Shown here piece by piece: positions 38,189-52,871 of a stretch of 64,000 nucleotides of DNA; within the stretch, counting starts at the first letter, position 1; each line of letters opens with the position of its first letter. The notes beneath the pieces are model-generated. The model did not search any database. It saw only the letters and a program-made list of their open reading frames with translations, and had not been told where the DNA came from. Position numbers and translations under genes: made by a program. Source of the stretch: Camelus ferus (Eukaryota); NCBI RefSeq assembly GCF_009834535.1, contig NC_045696.1, positions 103,232,001 to 103,296,000 of the forward strand, in the 5' to 3' direction.

Positions 38189-38824
38189 TACATCTATCTT
38201 AAGTAACCAGATGTGTTTGGTAAAATTTTTATGTCCAGTGTCGGAAACTCTCACAGTTTACATTTATGTGTAAATCTTATTGTGTCTGATAGTCCCCCAT
38301 GAAGATACTCCCTATTATGTCTGCTCTTAGTCTTAGCCCTTGGATATCTTACACGAATCCCACTTTTTTTCAAGAAGAATATGGGGGATCAGTTGCTAAG
38401 GGCGAGGAATTAAAATAGACCAGTTGTGCTTTCTGAATTCTCCTGGGTCTAGGGTCTCAGGTTTGCCTTTCTGACTTGTATTAACATTTGGCAGTTATCA
38501 ATTTAAAATTTTTCTAAAGGGAAAGTCTTCCTCATATTTTAATCCCACTCTCCAGAGGTAAAATTGTCTTTTAAAAAAATGCTTTTTACTGAAAGATTAT
38601 AGATTTCTAAAATTGCACAGATTCTCACTAACTCAGCCACACATCTGTGTAACCAGCACCCTAGGTCCAGAAATGGACCGTTACCAGCACCCTCCTATCC
38701 CTTTCCAGTCACGAACACCTCTTCCCGAAGGGAGCTATCCGGAATCGGTAAAACTACCTTTAACCATATCTACTTTCAGTTCTTTTGATGGTCATCGCTC
38801 TTAATGGTATAATTATTGTTGTAT

Positions 38825-39370
38825 TTCTTTTTTTTAAACTTTTTATTTTGAACTAATTTTAGATGTACAGGAAAGACGCAAAAGTTGTACAAAAAGTTTA
38901 ATTGTATCTCTCAGTGCATTTCCCCTAGTGTTAACATTTTACATAACCATACTATAGTTACCAAGAGCAAGAAGTTAACATCAGTACAGTATTATTAACC
39001 AGACTATCGACCTTATGTAAATTTCATCAGCTTTTTCACTAGTGACATTTTTCCGTTGCAGGATTCTATCCAGGACCCCACATTGTGTTTAGTTGTTTCG
39101 CCTTGGTCTTCTCTATTCTCTACTAGCCTTCAGCTTTTCTTTGTTGCATGACCTTGATGTTTTGGAAGAATATTAATCACATATTTTTCAGAATGTCCTT
39201 TATTTGACTTTGTCTAATGTTGTCTTGTGGTTGGAGTACAGTTATGCTTTTTTATAAAAATACCACCAAAAATGATGAGTCTTTATCTTTCACAGAACTC
39301 ATCAAGGGGTTCATCATGTCAGTGTGTTTTATTGTTGGTGATGTTTGCCTTGGCTACCTTCGTTTACCTA
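38825..39370 (-). mobile_element. L1MC-like 3' end
   Basis: Similar to 23880-24330 (caggattctatccaggaccccacattg). Confidence 0.72.
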
Positions 39371-39526
39371 GGTTAAGTTGATGGATGCCCACTTTCATTT
39401 TTTACATCTTAATTTCTAATCCTTTTGGAGTTATTTGTGTGTGTGTGTGTGGTGTGAGATACACGATCTAATTTTATCTTTTTCAAAATGGCTACCCAGC
39501 ACCATTTATTAAAAAGTCAGTCTTTT

Positions 39527-40962
39527 TCAGTTGATACAGAAAAACACTTGACAAAATTTGACACTCTTTATGATAAAAACACTCAACAAACTAGGAATAG
39601 GAGGAAACTACCTCAGTGTAATAAAGGCCACATACGAAAAGCCCACAACTAACATGACACTCAATGGAGAAAGACAGAAAGCGTGTCTTCTCAGTTCAGG
39701 AACTAGACAAGGATGTCTGCCCTCACTGCTTCTATTTAACACAGTCCTGGAAATCCTAGACAGAGCAATCAGGTAAGAAGACAAAATAAAAGCTATCTAA
39801 ATTGGACTTATATGTAGAAAATCCTAAAGATTCTACATACATACGCCTATTAGAACTAATAAGCAAATTCAGCAAAGTTGCAGGATAAAAAACGTGCCAA
39901 AAGCACAGGAAACAAAAGTGAAAATAGGTAAATTGGACTACATCAGAGTTTAAAACTCGGGTGCATCAAAAAACACCAGTAATAGAATAAAAAGGCAATA
40001 TATGGAATGGGAGAAAAATTTTGCAAATCATGTTATCTCACAAGGGGTTAATACGTAGGATATATGAAGAGCTTCCACCAAAAACCAAACAACCCAGTTA
40101 AAAAATGGGCAAAGAACTTGAATAGACATTTCTACAAGGAAGATATACAAATGGCCAAAAAGCACATGAAAATATGTTCAGCATCCACTGATCATTAGAG
40201 AAATGTAAATCAGAACCATAGTAGGATACAGTCACATATCTGTAAGTTTGGTTCCTATCAAAACCAGAAAATAACAAGTGCTGGGGAGGATTGGAACCTT
40301 GGTTGGTGGAGCAACTGGAACCCTTACACTGTTAGTGGGAATATAAAATTGTACAGACTGTGTGGAAAACAGCATGGAAGCTCCTCAAAAAATTCCAAGT
40401 AGAATTACCGTGTAATTCAACAGTTCCACTTCTGGGTATATACTCAAAAGAATTGAAAGCAGAGTCTCAAAGAGATATTTGTATACTTAGGTAAGTATCC
40501 ATGTTTACAGGAGATAGAAGCAACCCACGTGTTCGTTGACAGATGAATGGATTAGCACAATGAGGTATATACATGCAGTGGAATATTTTTTAGCCTTAAA
40601 AAGGAAGAAAATCTTGACACATGCTGTAACAAAGATGGACCCTGAGAATATTATGCTAAGTGAAATAAGCCAATCACCAAAGGACAAGTACTGTATGATT
40701 CCATTTCTGTGAGGTACTTAGAGTAATCAAAATCACAGAGACAGAAAGTAGAGTGTGGTTGTCAGGGGCTAGGGGGAGGGGGTGAATGTGGACTTATTGT
40801 TTAATGATTATGTGGTTGCAGTTCTTCAAGACAAAAATAGCTCTGTGGGTTGGTTACAGGGCAGTGTGAATGTCCTTGGTGCTACTGAGCTCCAAGCTGT
40901 GAAATTGTTAACGTAGTAAATTTTATGTTATATTTTACCACAATTTTTAAGAAATCAAAAAA
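39527..40962 (+). mobile_element. L1 (L1MB-like) ORF2/3' UTR fragment with internal deletions, nested in an older antisense L1
   Basis: ORF 39558-39776 translates to L1 ORF2 RT-region peptide ([33 protein letters not shown]), followed by ORF2 C-terminus and 3' UTR. Confidence 0.88.
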
Positions 40963-41414
40963 AGTGCATCCTTACCCAATGATTGGAGATGCCACCTTTG
41001 TCATATACTAGATTTTCGTATGTATTTGGGTCTAACTCTAGACTTTTATTCTATCCACTGACCTTTTGGCCTGTTTGTGCATGTGTACTACAATGTTTTA
41101 ATTATAGTATGTTTTAATGTCTGATAAGGCTATTTTCCCTTTGTAGTTGTCCTTTTTCAGTGCTTTCCTAGTTATTCTTGCATGTTTGCTTTCCATATCA
41201 ACAGTAAAATCAACTTGTCTAACTCTGTAAAGTGACTTGTTAGTGTTTTTATTGGGATTACATTGAGTTTATGAATTAAAAGTTTACGAATTAACTTAGA
41301 ATTTATATCCTTATAATGTTCACTTGTCTTAGCCAAAAACAGGATATGTCTTTCCATTGTTTAGGTCTTCTTTAGTGTCTTTTAGGAGTGTTTAAAAACT
41401 AACTCAGTTGTTTT

Positions 41415-41925
41415 TTTTAAAGAACTTTAGTATAATTCACCTATCATAAAATCCACCTTTTAAAGTGTATGATTCAGTGTTTTTTCCTATATTCACAGAT
41501 ATGTGCAGCCATCACCACTACCTAATTCCTGAACATTTTCATCACCCCGAAGAGAAACTGTACCCATTAGCAATCACTCCCCCTTCCCTTCTCCCTCCAG
41601 CCCCTGGCAGCTACTGATTTACTGTTTGTATGAATTTGCCTACTCTGAACTCTAGTTCATAGAAATGGACTCATACAACATGTGGCATTTTGTGACTAGC
41701 TCCTTTCACTTAGCATGATAGTTTCTAGGTTTGTACATGTATCGTAGTTCACCTCCTTCATATTGCCAAATAATACACATTCCCTGTGTAGAATCAGCCC
41801 ATTTTATTTATACATTCATCAGCTGGTGGACACGTGGGTTTGTGTACACTTTTTGGCTACTACAATAATGCTTCGGACATTCATGTGCAGGCTTTTGTGT
41901 GGATAGAGGTTTTTAATTCCCTCAT
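41415..41925 (-). mobile_element. L1MB-like 3' end
   Basis: gtgcagccatcaccactacctaattcctgaacattttcatcacccc...cagcccctggcagctact. Confidence 0.8.
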
Positions 41926-42359
41926 ACAAGTTTTATACATGTATTATTAAGTATTGTAATTTATTGTAATTACAATACTTATAATTTATTATTAAGTATT
42001 TAATCTTTTCTGCTATTAGGTTTCCTTTACCATTATAATCCTCCTAGTGTTTATTGATCTCTGTGGTTTTCTGTATTGATTTTGTTACTGTACATAAGTT
42101 AAATTTGACTGTAATTTAACATACTGTTCCTTTTCTTAACTGACTTTGGTGTCCGGGTTATACTGACCTCATCAAATGAGGCATTGTTTCAAAAGAGAAT
42201 TCTTCAGGAGACAGTGTACATTCTCCCATTTTGGGGGCATGTTGCTACACATGTCTCTTAGATCACACTTACTAATTGTGTTGAAATTTTATGTATACCC
42301 TTACTGACTTTCTTATTTTGTCTGCTTGGCTCATTATTATTAAGAGGTGTGTGTGTGTG

Positions 42360-42497
42360 TTTTGTTGTTGCTGGTGGGGGGGAGGTAATTAGGTTTAATT
42401 ATTCATTTATTTATTTTTAATGGAGGTCCTGGGAATTGAACCCAGGAGCTCATGCATGCTAGGCATGCACTCTACTGCCGTGCTATACCCTGCCCCC
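42360..42497 (-). mobile_element. tRNA-derived SINE (Vic-1-like)
   Basis: Reverse-strand head, B box and ggaggtaattaggttt tail motif. Confidence 0.9.
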
Positions 42498-43494
42498 GGG
42501 AGATGTATGTTAAAATCTCTTTTTATAATTGTAGATTTATCAGTTTCTCCATATAAATGTGTCATTTTTTTTGCCTTACACATTTATGAGCTATGTTGTA
42601 AAATACATTCCAATGTAGAATATTTGTGACTTCCTGCTGAAAAGAACTTTTAATCATTGAGTCCTCTTTATCCTCTCTAATGCTCTTACCATAAAGACCA
42701 TTTGTCTATTTATAGAGTCACATTGTCTTCTTTTTTTATTCTATTACTTTCTGTGGAGGTAGGCTTTAGATAGTGCAAAGAGCGGTTGGGTTTTGTTTTG
42801 CTTTGTGTTGTTTATTTTAAACCCACTGTGACAGTCTTTCTAACTAATGAGTTAATTTATGTATTTGCATTTCTACCATCTACTTAATACTGCCTTTTCT
42901 GTGCTGCTTCTGTGCTTCTGTCCTGTTGGCTTTTGATTATTCTTTTATACTTCTCATGGTTGTCTTTAAATTTTTAGTGAGCATATTTGATTTAGCACAG
43001 TGTTTCCTAAACAGCACAGGCTGTTGGAATCCTTTAATTCTGATCAAATGCTTCCCTTCTTATGTTATTGTTGCCCTGTATTTCCTCCTGTTTTTTCCCT
43101 CACTTTCTTTGTCTTCTAAAATTATCCAGTATAGCTATATACAGATGATGGTTGTTTATGTACACTCATATCTTTTTGTTTGTTTGTTTGTTTTGTTTCT
43201 CTTTTTTGAATTCCCTTGGCAATTTCCGTTTAGTTTCCATTTTCCTAAAGTAAATCCCTGGGATGCCTTTTTATTGAAAGTCTATTGAAGGTAGACCTAC
43301 GAAAAATGTTTTTTACTTCATCTTTATTTTTGAAAAATAGTTCAGAATTCTACTTTGCTATTATTTCCTTTAACACCTTAAGGATATTACTTCACTATGT
43401 TTTTGCTTTTACTGCTGTTGAGAAATCTTCCGCAGTCTAATTGTCATTCCTTTGTAGATAATCTGTTTTTCTCTCTGCCTGTGTTTTTCCCCTA

Positions 43495-44562
43495 ACTTTT
43501 AAAAATTGTGATAAAATACACATAAAGTTTACTGCCTTAACCATTTTAAAGTATACAGTTCAGTGTTATTAAGTACATTTGTATTGTTGTACAGAATCAC
43601 CTTCGTCTCCAGAACTCTTCATCTTGAAAAACTGAACCTCTGAACCCACTGAACAATAACTCCCCATTCTCCCCCTCCCCAGCCCTGACAACCACCGCTT
43701 TACTTTCTGTAGCCACATAAATCATATAAGTAGAATCATACAGTATTTGTCTTTGTGTGATTGGCTTATTTCACTTAGTCTCTTCAGGTTTCATCCATGT
43801 TATAGGATGTGTGATCATTTTCTTCTTTTTTAAGGTCCAAATGATATTGTATGTATATATGTACCATATTTTGTTTATCCATTCATCTGTCCATGGACAC
43901 TTGGGTTACTTCCAAGTTTTAGCTGTTGTGAATAATGCTGCTATGAACATGGGTGTACAAATATCTCTTTGAGACCCTGCTTTCAGTTCTTTTCAGTTCT
44001 ACTCCAAAGAAGCGGAATTGCTGAATCACACAGTAATTCTACTTTGAATTTGTCCAGGAACTTCCATACTGATTAAACTCCACACTGGCTGAACCATTTT
44101 ATGTTCCTACTACCAGTGCACAACCATCTCAGTTTCTGTACATCCTCGCCAGCACTTCCTGTTTTCTGCTTTTTTTTGTTTTTGTTTGAGAATAGCTATT
44201 CTGATGGGTGTGAGGTGGAACCACACTACGGTTTTATTTTTCTTTTTTCTAATGATTAGTGATGTTGAGTATCTTTTCACCTGCTTGGTGGCCATTTGTA
44301 TATCTTCTTTGGAGGAAGGTCTATTCCAGTCCTTTGCCCATTTTTGAATCAGGTTGTTTGGTTTTTTTCTGCTGTTGAGTTTTAGGAGCTCTCTGTATAT
44401 TTTTGGATATTGATCCCTTACCAGGTATATGATTTGCAAATATGTTCTCATGTTTTGTGGGTTGCTCTTTTACTTTGTGGATTGTGTCTTTGATGCCCCA
44501 AATTTTAAATTTTTCATGCAGTCCTGTTTGTCTGCTTTTTCTTTTGTTGCCTGTGCCTTGGC
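43495..44562 (-). mobile_element. L1MB-like 3' end plus ORF2 C-terminus
   Basis: ORF 44110-44451(-) contains QKWAKDWNRPSSKEDIQMA..HLTPIRIAI, L1 ORF2 C-terminal. Confidence 0.88.
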
Positions 44563-46033
44563 TTGCTCAAAGATCTCTTTATTTTGAGTGTTTTGCTGTG
44601 TCTGGGTAATTTATTTTTGTTTTTGTTTTTTATTGGAGATCATTGTGATATCCAAATCTGAGAATTTTAGAAGACCCTTTTCCCCCTGGTTTCCAGAGCC
44701 TGGAGACATTTTCTTTGTTGGTGGTTGATTTCTTTCCCCTTCCCTAGTCCATCCTTTCACTAAGTGTACCAAAGGGGTGGATCCTCAATTCCAACTTTTC
44801 ACTTCATGAAGTTCCCAAGTCCTTGTCTCCTGTCACTATAAGCCCATTAAAAGCCAAAAATCTTGATTATTTGTGTTGACAAATTCCTCCATGGCAGCTA
44901 GGTTTCTTGTGAGCTCAGCATTTGAGAAAATATTTATTTTAATATATCCAACATTTCTAGATGTTTGTTAAGGTGAAGTTTACAGACCATTTAGTTCACT
45001 GTGTTGCCAAAAACAAAAATGTCACTTTGGGGGTATAATTTCTTTCTCTTTACTTTTTCTGAAATTCCCTTTTAGGTGAACATTCTGAATTAGTGCTCTC
45101 ATTTTTTTTTCTAATTTTTAAAAACTTTTTGTTCTAGTTTGTAGGAGATTTCCTGCCCTTCCTTTGCTTTCTTTTTCTCTGTCTCCTGTCTTCTTTTCTT
45201 CCTTCCATCCTTTCTTTTTTTCTTAACTTGTTCTACTCTTGTTTTGTTAATTTGGTCTCTTTATTCCATGTTAGAGACTTTCCTCAATTATTCAGTAAAC
45301 TTAGGTCGTCTGTTGAGATTAAAGAGTGAGGCGGTAAAAACTCTGTCCACGGAGTTGTTAACTGCAAGTCTTAGCACAGAGTGATTGAGTGATTGCGGGT
45401 CTTTTCTCTGGGGTCAGATTCTGTGTGGAGGAATCTCCTGGTCTTCTGCTTGATCGGCCTGTGTTCTGGAAGCTGATTTGGGGAAGAGGCTGGGGCCCAC
45501 TGCTCAGGAGGTAAGTCTTAATCTCTTTGTGGTCTATGACACACAACCCCTGTGAGTACCTGGTTTCTACATCCTGTCTGCTTTAGTGTCTTAAGGCAAA
45601 CCACTTGTCTCTTGCTGGAATACAGGAGAGGCAGTTTCTTTGCTACATGGTAAGGCTTCTGGGGGAAAACTGTTCCTTATTCAACTGTCTTCCTATTTTC
45701 AGCCCTAGCCTAGACCCCTGCCTTCTGGGGTCTCCAATTCTTAAACCTTACTATTATGTTTGCAGCTTATTGGTTTTATACCCTCACCCACCCTTCCATG
45801 CATAGTTTGGCTTGTTCTGTTTCACCAAGCCAGTTACTGTTCCACTATCCTCTCTCTGGTTTCAAAAAGCTTTATTTATGTCCCTTATCAGCTGTTGTCT
45901 TCTTTTATGATATAAATGTGTATGTTTTTGGATAGATTTATCCTTTTTTTAGTCCTTTAGCTTCATTTTAGTGTAGTTTCAGAAGAGAATGGATATAAAC
46001 CTATGTTTTTATATTTAACAAAAAGAACCTTAT

Positions 46034-47271
46034 GGACAACTACATATAAAAGAAGATTTTCTCACACAATATTTAAAAATAAACTCAAAACGGATTAAAG
46101 ACTTTGTAAGCCCAGAAACCATAAAACTAGAAGAAAAACATAAGAAGAACACTCTTTGGTATAAATCATAGCAGCGTTTTTTTGGATCTGTCTCTTAAGG
46201 CAAAGGAAATACAAGTAAAAATAAATGAGACCTAATTAAACTTAGAAGCTTTTGCAAAGCATAGGAAACCATTGACAAAACAAAAAGACAACCTACTAAA
46301 TGGGAGAAAATATTTGCAAATGATGTGACTAATAAAAGGTTAATATCCAAAATATATAAATAGCTCATACAACTCAATATCAAAAAAATTATCCAATAAA
46401 AAAATAGAAGATCTGAATAGACATTTTTTCCAAAGAAGACAGACAGATGGGCAATAGGCATATCAAAAGATTCTCAACATTGCTATTCATCAGAGAAATG
46501 CAAATCAAAACCTCACACCTATCAATGTCTGTTGTCAAGAAGACAATAAATAAGTGTTGGCGAGAATGTGGAGAAAGGGAAACTCTAATACACTGTTCGT
46601 GGGAATGTAAATTGGTGCAGCCACTGTGGAAAACAGTATGGAGGGTGCTCAAAAAACTAAAAATAGAACTACCATGTGATCCAGCAATTCCACTCCTGAG
46701 TATGTATTGAAAGAAAATGAAAACACTTAATTTGAAAAGACACGTGCACCCTCATTGTTCATAGCAACATTATTTTCAGTAGCCATGATATGGACGCAAT
46801 CTAAGTGTCCCTCAGTAGATGAGAGGATAAAGAAGATGTGGTATATATATTCAATGGAATACTATTCAACCATAAAAAGAATGAAATTTTACCATTTACA
46901 ACAACATGGATGGACTTGGAGGGTATTATGCTTAGTGAAATAAGTGAGATAGAGAAAAACAAATACTGTATATTATCACTTATATGTGGAATCTAAAAAA
47001 TAAAACAAACTAGCCAGTATAACAAACACTCAGATATAGAGAACAGACTAGTGGCTACTGGTGGGGAGTGGAAGGGCGAAGATGGGGCAATGGGATTAAG
47101 AGGTACTAACTACTATGTATAAAATAAATAAGCTACAAGGGTATGTTGTATAGCACAGGGAATATAGCCAATATTTTATAATAACTGTAAGTGGAATTTA
47201 TTCTTTAAAAATTGTGAATCACTATATTGTACACCTAAAACTTATATAAATCAACTGTACTTTGATTTTAA
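46034..47271 (+). mobile_element. 5'-truncated L1 (L1MA-like), 1.2 kb, with TSD
   Basis: ORF2 C-terminal peptide [29 protein letters not shown]; 17-bp TSD aacaaaaagaaYcttat (46017-46033 and 47272-47288). Confidence 0.92.
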
Positions 47272-49234
47272 AACAAAAAGAATCTTATAATACATTTTAA
47301 TTATGCTATATTCACTTAAAAATAATATTGCTATAAATTCAGGAATTTCTTCTCTCTTCCCTTTCTACTAATGGGTATTTAAGTTTCATATCTTAGGGGG
47401 AGAGTAGAGAGGATAGATAAATATATGAGGGAATGTATAAGGACAACGAGAGAGACATAAAGAGGAGGAAAAATAGGTCTGTTCACGGCAAAAGTAGAGA
47501 GGCTTAGATGTCGGTGCCAGTGAGACTTTAATGAAGTCATACTGCCATCTTCTGGCCTTTTACAACCTGTGTCCCTATAATTTTATCCTGGAGTCCCTCA
47601 AGTTGCTGCATTGCTTTATGTGTAAGACACAGTGAATTTGGTCTTCCTTAGTTGTCTTCCTTATTGTAGGAACAAAAAACTTATTTACACAGAATTTAAT
47701 TACAGTATATTAATTACAGTTTTTCTCCCTAAGCAAGAATTCTATCTAAAACATTACAAAAACCATACCCTGCCCCTCTCTACCTCAGGTGATTATTTCT
47801 GCTTGTATTTTGAAAGCGGAAGTATTGTTTCTGTATGAAGGAAGGTACAGAATTAAACAATTTAAGCTGGTGTGTTACAGAGGTAATTTGTGTTTATGGC
47901 AAAAATACAGAATGTGTGAAGAGTGTAAGTAGCTCATCATATTATTTCATTAAAATTAATCAAAGAAAAGGAAAATGTGTTCTTACTCTGTCATAGATCC
48001 AGCCATTTCTTTGCCTCGGAGGTGGTCTTTTTATACAAATGCTGAAGTGCTACACGTCCCTCTCTATAATGTGCTTCCTGTCACCCAACAGTTTACACTG
48101 GGGTCACTCTGTATCAGTCCACAGAGAGCTCCCTGATTTGTGTTTTCAGGCCATGATTTGGTTAACCAGTCTACTGTTGATAAATAGGGTTTGTCTTAAC
48201 TTCTGCTGTAACATTGATACCATAGTGAGTGTCCTTGTATAGCTATGGTTTCATGTGCCCCTGTTAAGAAAAAACCTCATGGAATATATGCATTTATAAC
48301 CTTCATGGATGTGGTGTAGTTACCCTCCATAAAGATTGTCCTTATTTATTCTGCCACCAGCAAGTATAATAAAGTCTGTTTTCCCGCATCCTTCTCCATA
48401 CAGTATACTGGTGTCTGTATTTTTGACCTTGTATATTACAGCTTTATTTTGTATTTCTCTTAACTTTTTTTTTTATGTTTAAAAGCCATTTGTGTTTTCT
48501 GCTATGTATCCTTCGCCCATTTTTCTTTAGGCTCTTGGTATTCAATTTATGTATAGGAGCTTTCATAGGTTAGAAATTAACTCTTTTTCTGTAATGTGAA
48601 TTGCAAATACTTCATTCCAGTTTATTTTTCTTATGACTTGCATTATGATCTTTTCTTTAAATGTAAAAAAAAAAAGGTAGTCATATCAGTTTTCTTCCTT
48701 TGATGACTCCTGAGTTTGGGTTCATATTTTAGAAAAATTTTCTACACACAGAGATTAAAAAATGTGACTCTTATGTTTTCTTCTAATACCTAAAAAATTA
48801 CCTTGAATTTTTGATCTATCTGGAGTTTGTTTGTTTGTTTATGGGAATTTATTTTGAAAGAGGTGTAAATTATGGCTCCAGTAATTCTTTTTCAGATGGT
48901 TACTCAGTTGTCACTTATCCCATTGCTATTTATTGAGTAATCTACCTAACACATTTACACCTTATTGAAGTGTCAACTTTGATACATACTAAATTCCTTT
49001 GTGGATTTAGGTCTATTCTGGCACCTGTCCTTCTGGTCTGTCAGTCTGTATGCTTTTTCATTTACAGTGTATAATATTTTAATTATTGTGACTTTATAAT
49101 AACTTGTTTTAATAGTTAGATGGGGCTAATCCTTACTCTGTGTTTCCAGAATTTGTATGACTATTCTGCTTATTTTTCCATGTAAATTTTTTTATGCTCA
49201 TCCCTACTTTATTTTCTGTCCATTAAAGAAAAAA

Positions 49235-50365
49235 AATTTTGTTGTGGTAAAATACACATAACAAAATTTACCACTTTAACCATTTTTAAGTATATAGTTC
49301 AGATTGTCATGCAGCCACCACAGCCCATATCCATAACTCTTCATTGTGTAAAATGGAAACACTGTGCATTAAACAGTGATCCCCCATTCCTGCCCCGTTC
49401 CCCAGCCCCAGCCCCTGGCAACCACCATTCGACTTTCTGACTCTGATTTTGCCCACTCTGGATACTTCATATAAGTAGAATCATACAATATTTATTTATT
49501 TATTTATTTTTGTGACTGGCTTATTTTGCCTAGCATAATGTTCTGAGGTTCATCCATGTTGTAGTATGTGTCAGAATTTCCTTCCTTTTTGAGGCTGAAT
49601 AATATTCTATGTATAACGTACCACATTTTCCTTATCCATTCATCTGTCGATGAACGTGATTACTTGGGTGTTTTAGCTGCTGTGAACATGGGTGTACTGT
49701 ATCTCCCTGAGACCCTGCTTTCACTTCCTTGGGGCATATACCCAGAAGTGGAGTTTCTATATCATCTAGTTATTCTGCTTTGAATTTTTAATTATTTGAG
49801 GAACTGCCATATTATTTTCCACAGCAAGTATACTATTTGACCTTCCCGCCAACAGTGTGCAAGGGCTCCAGTTTCTCCACATCCTCACCAACACTTACTG
49901 TTCTCTTTTTTTGATAGTAGCCATCCAGATGGGTGTGAGGTGATACCTCATTGTAGTTTTGATTTGTGGTTCCCTAATGGTTAATTATGAGCATGTTTTC
50001 ATGTGCTTATAGGCCATTTGTGTATCTTCTTTGGAGTAATGTCCATTCAGGTCCTTTGCCCATTTTTGATTTGGGTTGTTTGGTTTTTTGCCATTGAGTT
50101 TTAGTTCTCTATATATGTTGGATATTAATCCGTTATCAGGTTTTTGATTTGCAAGTATTTTTTCTCATTCTGTGGGTTGAGTTTTTACTCTGTGGATAGT
50201 GTCTTTTGATGCACAGAATTTTTAAATTTTCATGAAGTCCCATCTCTGTTTTCTTTTGTTGTCTGTACCTTTGGTGTCACATTCAGGAAATCATTGCCAA
50301 ATACAATGTTGTGCAACTTTTGCTGAATGTTTTCTCTAAGAGTTTTATAGTTTTAGGTCTTGCAT
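49235..50365 (-). mobile_element. L1MB-like 3' end plus ORF2 C-terminus, nested in older L1
   Basis: Closely parallels 43495-44562; flanked by more diverged antisense L1 (48200-49200 and 50365-51540). Confidence 0.85.
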
Positions 50366-51899
50366 TCCCAATTAACTTTGGAATCAATTGATCTGATTAG
50401 AAGAATAAGATATTATTAATTTTATTGTAATTCATTATATGTGTTGATTAATTTGGGAGAAGTTAATATTGTTATGATTTTGTATCTTGTTATTCAAGAA
50501 CTTGGCATTTTTTTTCTTTTTAAAAAATCCCTATATTTTTCTGGTTGAGTTTTTCCCTAATTTTTGTTTTCACCTTTGACACTGTAAATGGGTAAATTCC
50601 TCCATTATTTCTTCTATGTTATGAGAAGGCATTTTTGTATATATATAAGAAAGTTATTAATTTCTGAGTATGAATTTTGTAATCTGCCATACGATTTGTT
50701 TGAAAGAGGTTTCCAGTTGATGCTCTTGGGACTTGTCTGTAAACAGTCATATTGTAAATAATAATAACTTTACCTCTTAGTCCACTTTATATACTTCTGT
50801 CCTTCTCGTCTAATTGCATTGGCTGGTATCTGTAGTACAGTGTTAAATAATAGTGGCAGTAATGAACACTCTTTCTTCTTATTCTTTAATGAGACTCTTC
50901 CTTTAATGATAGCTAATGAAAAATATATCCATAGATCCTGAAAGGACATTTGATAAAATTCCATATGCACTCTTCTTAAAATACAGTCATATTAAGTATT
51001 AATCATTTTTTCTATTATTGAATATTTATCATGAGAATTTAACAACTGTATAATTAATGCATGTTAAATCTTATCAAATCATTTAAAAGTGTATTTTAGC
51101 ATTTGCTTGAAAGGCATTATTAACAGTTAAAATTAATAATAATTATTAGTAAATGCTTAAATTTTTTCTTTTTGATAGAACTTATTTGTAAAAGTATGGC
51201 CCCCCATTGGTACTTAGATTGGCAACCCTTTGACAACTCAATTTTTTTCTATGTTAACTTGACAGCTTAAATTTTCTGTCTTCTGAAGGTTGTTTTTGGT
51301 AACATATTTTCCTGGAAAATCATCCATTTTGTCCAGGTTCTTAATTTATCTGTTTCCAGGCTAAAGAGTAGCTCTTACCATTTTTCAGTTTCCTCTGGCT
51401 TGGTGTTATTTTTCCTTTTTTAATCTTTCATATGCTGTGTTTGTGCTTTCTCCTTTTTTGTTTTCCTATTTAATTTGCTAGTGGCTTATCAGTTTATTGT
51501 TTTAAAAGACACAGATACTGGGTTGTTGCTGTTTTTCTTTTTCTTTTGACTTAAATGTTTGCTACACCTGGGATATACAAATAAATAAATGTATGGGATA
51601 ATATAAGGAACCCCCTTTGTAACTTGTAACTGCATATACATCCAACATAAAACCTCTTTTCTGCAGCTTAACTGCTTTCCTTCTTTCGCATGGGGAGGGG
51701 ATTTGGTGTCTGTGATTCCCGTGTGCTTCTTATATTTTTACTCTTAAGTGTATGTCTCTAAGCATTATGTATTTTTTTTGCATGCCTTAACTTATGTAAA
51801 TATAATCATGTTGTCCATATACTTTCTAACCTGCTACTACATTTGCAAGGTTTACCCATGTTGTGACATGTTACTCAGTGAATTAATTGTCATTGCTGT

Positions 51900-52285
51900 A
51901 TAATTGCAGTGGCTATTCCGGTGCTCTGCCCAGACCTTCTCTTTACAACTGAGTTACGCATTCTCCGCCGATGCAGGCTGGTGGCTCACAGCTGCATCCC
52001 ATGCTGGGAACTGCCCTTGGCCAAGGTTATGCTCCTTCCCAAAGGAGGAACTAACTTGGTGCTGCAGGGCTGTAAGATCCAACCATTTGGGACAGCTCTG
52101 AAGGGCATCAGCTCCAGAGTTCAGTAGTATCAGCTGAGGCCCCAGGTGTAACCTAACTGAACCAGTTTCTCCCCAGTGCACTGCAGCCTCCTTCTCTTAC
52201 AGGTGTGTCTCCTTAGAGCACTTTCCAGGAAACTTCCTGCATGCTAGTCACCCTCTCTCTTTTTCTAAGGAATGAATTTAAGACG
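51900..52285. mobile_element. ERVL (LTR16/LTR33-like) solo LTR
   Basis: GC-richer block ending aaacttcctgcatgct...ctctctttttctaaggaa, typical of these LTR 3' ends. Confidence 0.5.
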
Positions 52286-52871
52286 AGTTGGTATTTTCTT
52301 TCAGATGAATAATGAATTGCGTAATGAACCCTTTATTAAATCAGCTCTTATAAAGCATAAATACAGTGTATTATGTACCCTGTAATGCTACCTGTTTGTC
52401 ATTACAATAGGTATTATGTTCTATTTACTGTGTTTCTCTGTTTATATGTTCTCTTTGCTTTGTATTCCTAGAACATTTGTTTTTAATTGAATAGTATTAT
52501 TATATTAATCATTTTAATTCTGCCCTCAATCTTTTTTCTTACTTAACTTTTTACTGTCAGTTTTAAATGGTATCATTTGACTCCCACGTATTAATTATAT
52601 AACAGTCAGTGATCTTATTTATTTTCCTCCTTTTTCCTCCAGTTTTTGGTTGCATTCTTTCTATTTTGTCAAGAACATACACTGTTTACACATTATTCTT
52701 TACTCCATGACCTCAATCTTACTTTATTTTTCACTTTACAATTGAATATATAAAATGATCACTGCCAGTCTTCTTGCAAAATTTTCCCAGGCATATTTTG
52801 GTTGGATGAAGCTCATTCTCTAGCAGATTCCTCAAAAGGGATACACACATCCATAGTATTACCATTCAGAC

